Below, piece after piece: positions 62,585 through 64,000 of a stretch of 64,000 bases of DNA; within the stretch, counting starts at the first letter, position 1; every line of letters starts with the position of its first letter. The stretch is from the NCBI GenBank assembly GCA_000004985.1, contig GG738915.1; one strand, written 5' to 3'. A program made the translations under genes and the position numbers. Under the pieces are notes generated by a model that was not told the origin of the DNA, did not search any database, and worked only from the letters and a program-made list of their open reading frames with translations. The stretch comes from Naegleria gruberi. Taxonomy: Eukaryota.

Positions 62585-63688
62585 TTAATGGCTAGGAAAA
62601 ATTCTGTCCATTATTGAACATCCATACTCATTGTATTGTTCTTTGTGAACTCTATATGGCCTCATATGTCCCATTGAACTAACAATGGAAGCTCCAATCC
62701 AAGATGAATAATTTCTTTCTGGAGGTGAAATTATTCGAAACGAATGTCTTTGGTTGAGTTGGTCAAGTTCTTGTTTCAATTTGACATTGAAATCCTGTAT
62801 TAAACTTGTTCCTCCACTTAGAATAATATTAGAGTATAAATCTAATTTTGTATCAATTGGGCATTTACAAATTGAATTGTAAATTAATTCAGCAATTCCA
62901 AAATCTGAACTAATTCCCACTAAATTGGGATTAAATAAACATTCCACACATTCATATCTTTCCCTACTTGTTTCAATTAATGTACCATCTGGTAATTCAT
63001 ATTGTTGAACTAGATATTCCTCCCCTTTTGAACATGTCACAATTGACTCTTTCATTTCTCTCAAAATTTCCATTTCTGATGAAGATGTAAAATTAATTCC
63101 TTTGTATTCCAATAATTTGCCAAGATATTTATCAATTGATTTTCCACCAACATTTAATTTTCCACTCGCATGTGAAATAACGTAACCTTCATGAATGGGC
63201 AAAACTCTACAAGACGAATCTCCACAATCAGCAATCAATCCACTCGTTCGACCAGCACTATACATGGCCATCACTTGTGCATTTCCAAATCCCAAGCTTG
63301 CACTATTGAATGATTCGAAACAGAGTTGTGTTAATGAATTTCTATTCGATTTTAAATTACTGGAAGGTTCCACTAACATGATATTAGAATCTTGAAGTGG
63401 AATATTTAAATTATGAAATGTATATTCGAAAAATAATGCCAAAACATCCCAATTAATTATTTTACCATTATCGATTGGATGAAAGAGTGAAAGAATTCCT
63501 CGGAGTTTGTTTGCTTCCTCTCCAATATAGGATAGTTTCGAATAGGATGAAAGATAATTTAATGCAGTTGTTTGATACTTTGGAAAACCAATCATTGAAT
63601 AAAAGTTTAGAACAGGAGCATCCGATCCACTAAAACCAGCTCTAATACAATGGGAACCTAAATCTATAGTAAGAGTTTCGTCTTGCAT
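62585..63688 (-). CDS. Divergent actin-related protein (actin/Hsp70 ATPase fold), 367 aa
   Basis: 'LTIDLGSHCIRAGFSGSDAPVLNFYSMIGFP', 'IMLVEPSSN', 'SGLIADCGDSSCRVLPIHEGYV', 'NIILSGGTSLIQDF' and 'SWIGASIVSSM' follow actin subdomain order. Confidence 0.6.
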   Translation of the reverse strand: MQDETLTIDLGSHCIRAGFSGSDAPVLNFYSMIGFPKYQTTALNYLSSYSKLSYIGEEANKLRGILSLFHPIDNGKIINWDVLALFFEYTFHNLNIPLQDSNIMLVEPSSNLKSNRNSLTQLCFESFNSASLGFGNAQVMAMYSAGRTSGLIADCGDSSCRVLPIHEGYVISHASGKLNVGGKSIDKYLGKLLEYKGINFTSSSEMEILREMKESIVTCSKGEEYLVQQYELPDGTLIETSRERYECVECLFNPNLVGISSDFGIAELIYNSICKCPIDTKLDLYSNIILSGGTSLIQDFNVKLKQELDQLNQRHSFRIISPPERNYSSWIGASIVSSMGHMRPYRVHKEQYNEYGCSIMDRIFPSH

Positions 63689-64000
63689 TTTTTTCTAATA
63701 TTTTTAAAATGGTATAACCCAAGCTGCAAAGAAATGTATCTCAATAACTGTATTGACCTACGCCTATCTTTTCAATAAAACAATAGATAAATACTTTAAA
63801 ACAAGGAATCTTGCCATCTGGCTTGATTCAACATTGGGGTTGTGTCCTATCGTTTTATGTCATAATTATAATTTGGGCATAACTATTAATATGTCATTAT
63901 GTTTTGGCAGAAACCCACTTTCGAGATTATAATATGCCATGATATGTTTACCTTTTTGTTGGAGCTGTATTATTGAACTTTGCTCTTTGCAGATCATGAG

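Noticed and set aside
1-64000. Search for a prokaryotic defence or mobile system (CRISPR-Cas, restriction-modification, toxin-antitoxin, integrase or transposase, phage genes)
   Set aside because: None found. The window has spliceosomal introns, Pol III tRNAs with cloverleaf eukaryotic features, eukaryote-specific genes (proteasome, coatomer, retromer, TFIIB, GINS, axonemal DRC3) and no operon structure. I therefore interpret it as ordinary eukaryotic nuclear DNA with some unusual domain architectures.

Overview
This window is eukaryotic nuclear DNA, not a prokaryotic island. It is AT-rich (about two-thirds A+T) and gene-dense, with about 43 protein-coding genes and 4 Pol III tRNA genes in 64 kb. 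The tRNAs are Lys-UUU, Lys-CUU, Ser-UGA and Val-CAC, each with an A/B-box-like internal structure and a downstream T-run. Many genes are interrupted by short GT-AG spliceosomal introns (41-253 nt) that break the supplied ORF track; I rebuilt several gene models by hand-splicing, using conserved motifs spanning the junctions as support. There are no CRISPR arrays, Shine-Dalgarno operons, integrases or restriction/defence cassettes. Recognisable housekeeping and cell-biology genes include polo-like kinase, endosulfine/ARPP19, proteasome Rpn10, Vps29, zeta-COP, mitoribosomal bL12, a Rim2-like mitochondrial carrier, GINS1/Psf1, TFIIB, bacterial-type (mitochondrial) prolyl-tRNA synthetase, Rce1 CAAX protease, a CAX Ca2+/H+ exchanger, a GMC oxidoreductase, a CWC25-like splicing factor, an ELF1-like protein and an actin-related protein. 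Lineage-informative genes include the axonemal dynein regulatory complex subunit DRC3 (so the organism is flagellated), a C9orf72 orthologue, a three-domain saposin (naegleriapore-like) precursor and a GPCR-PIP kinase fusion. Taken together with the AT content and intron style, these suggest a free-living amoeboflagellate such as a Naegleria-like heterolobosean; this is an inference only. The most unusual architectures are a two-TM sensor with HAMP, a PAS-like region and an RGS output domain (11088..13700), an F-box fused to a divergent Ras-superfamily GTPase (54361..55528), a TM-anchored CEMIP/TMEM2-like G8/beta-helix protein carrying an apparent homopolymer frameshift, a lipoyl-like domain lacking its lysine, and a DUF4116-repeat gene with a 1-nt frameshift. 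F-box proteins are conspicuously abundant, with five in the window.
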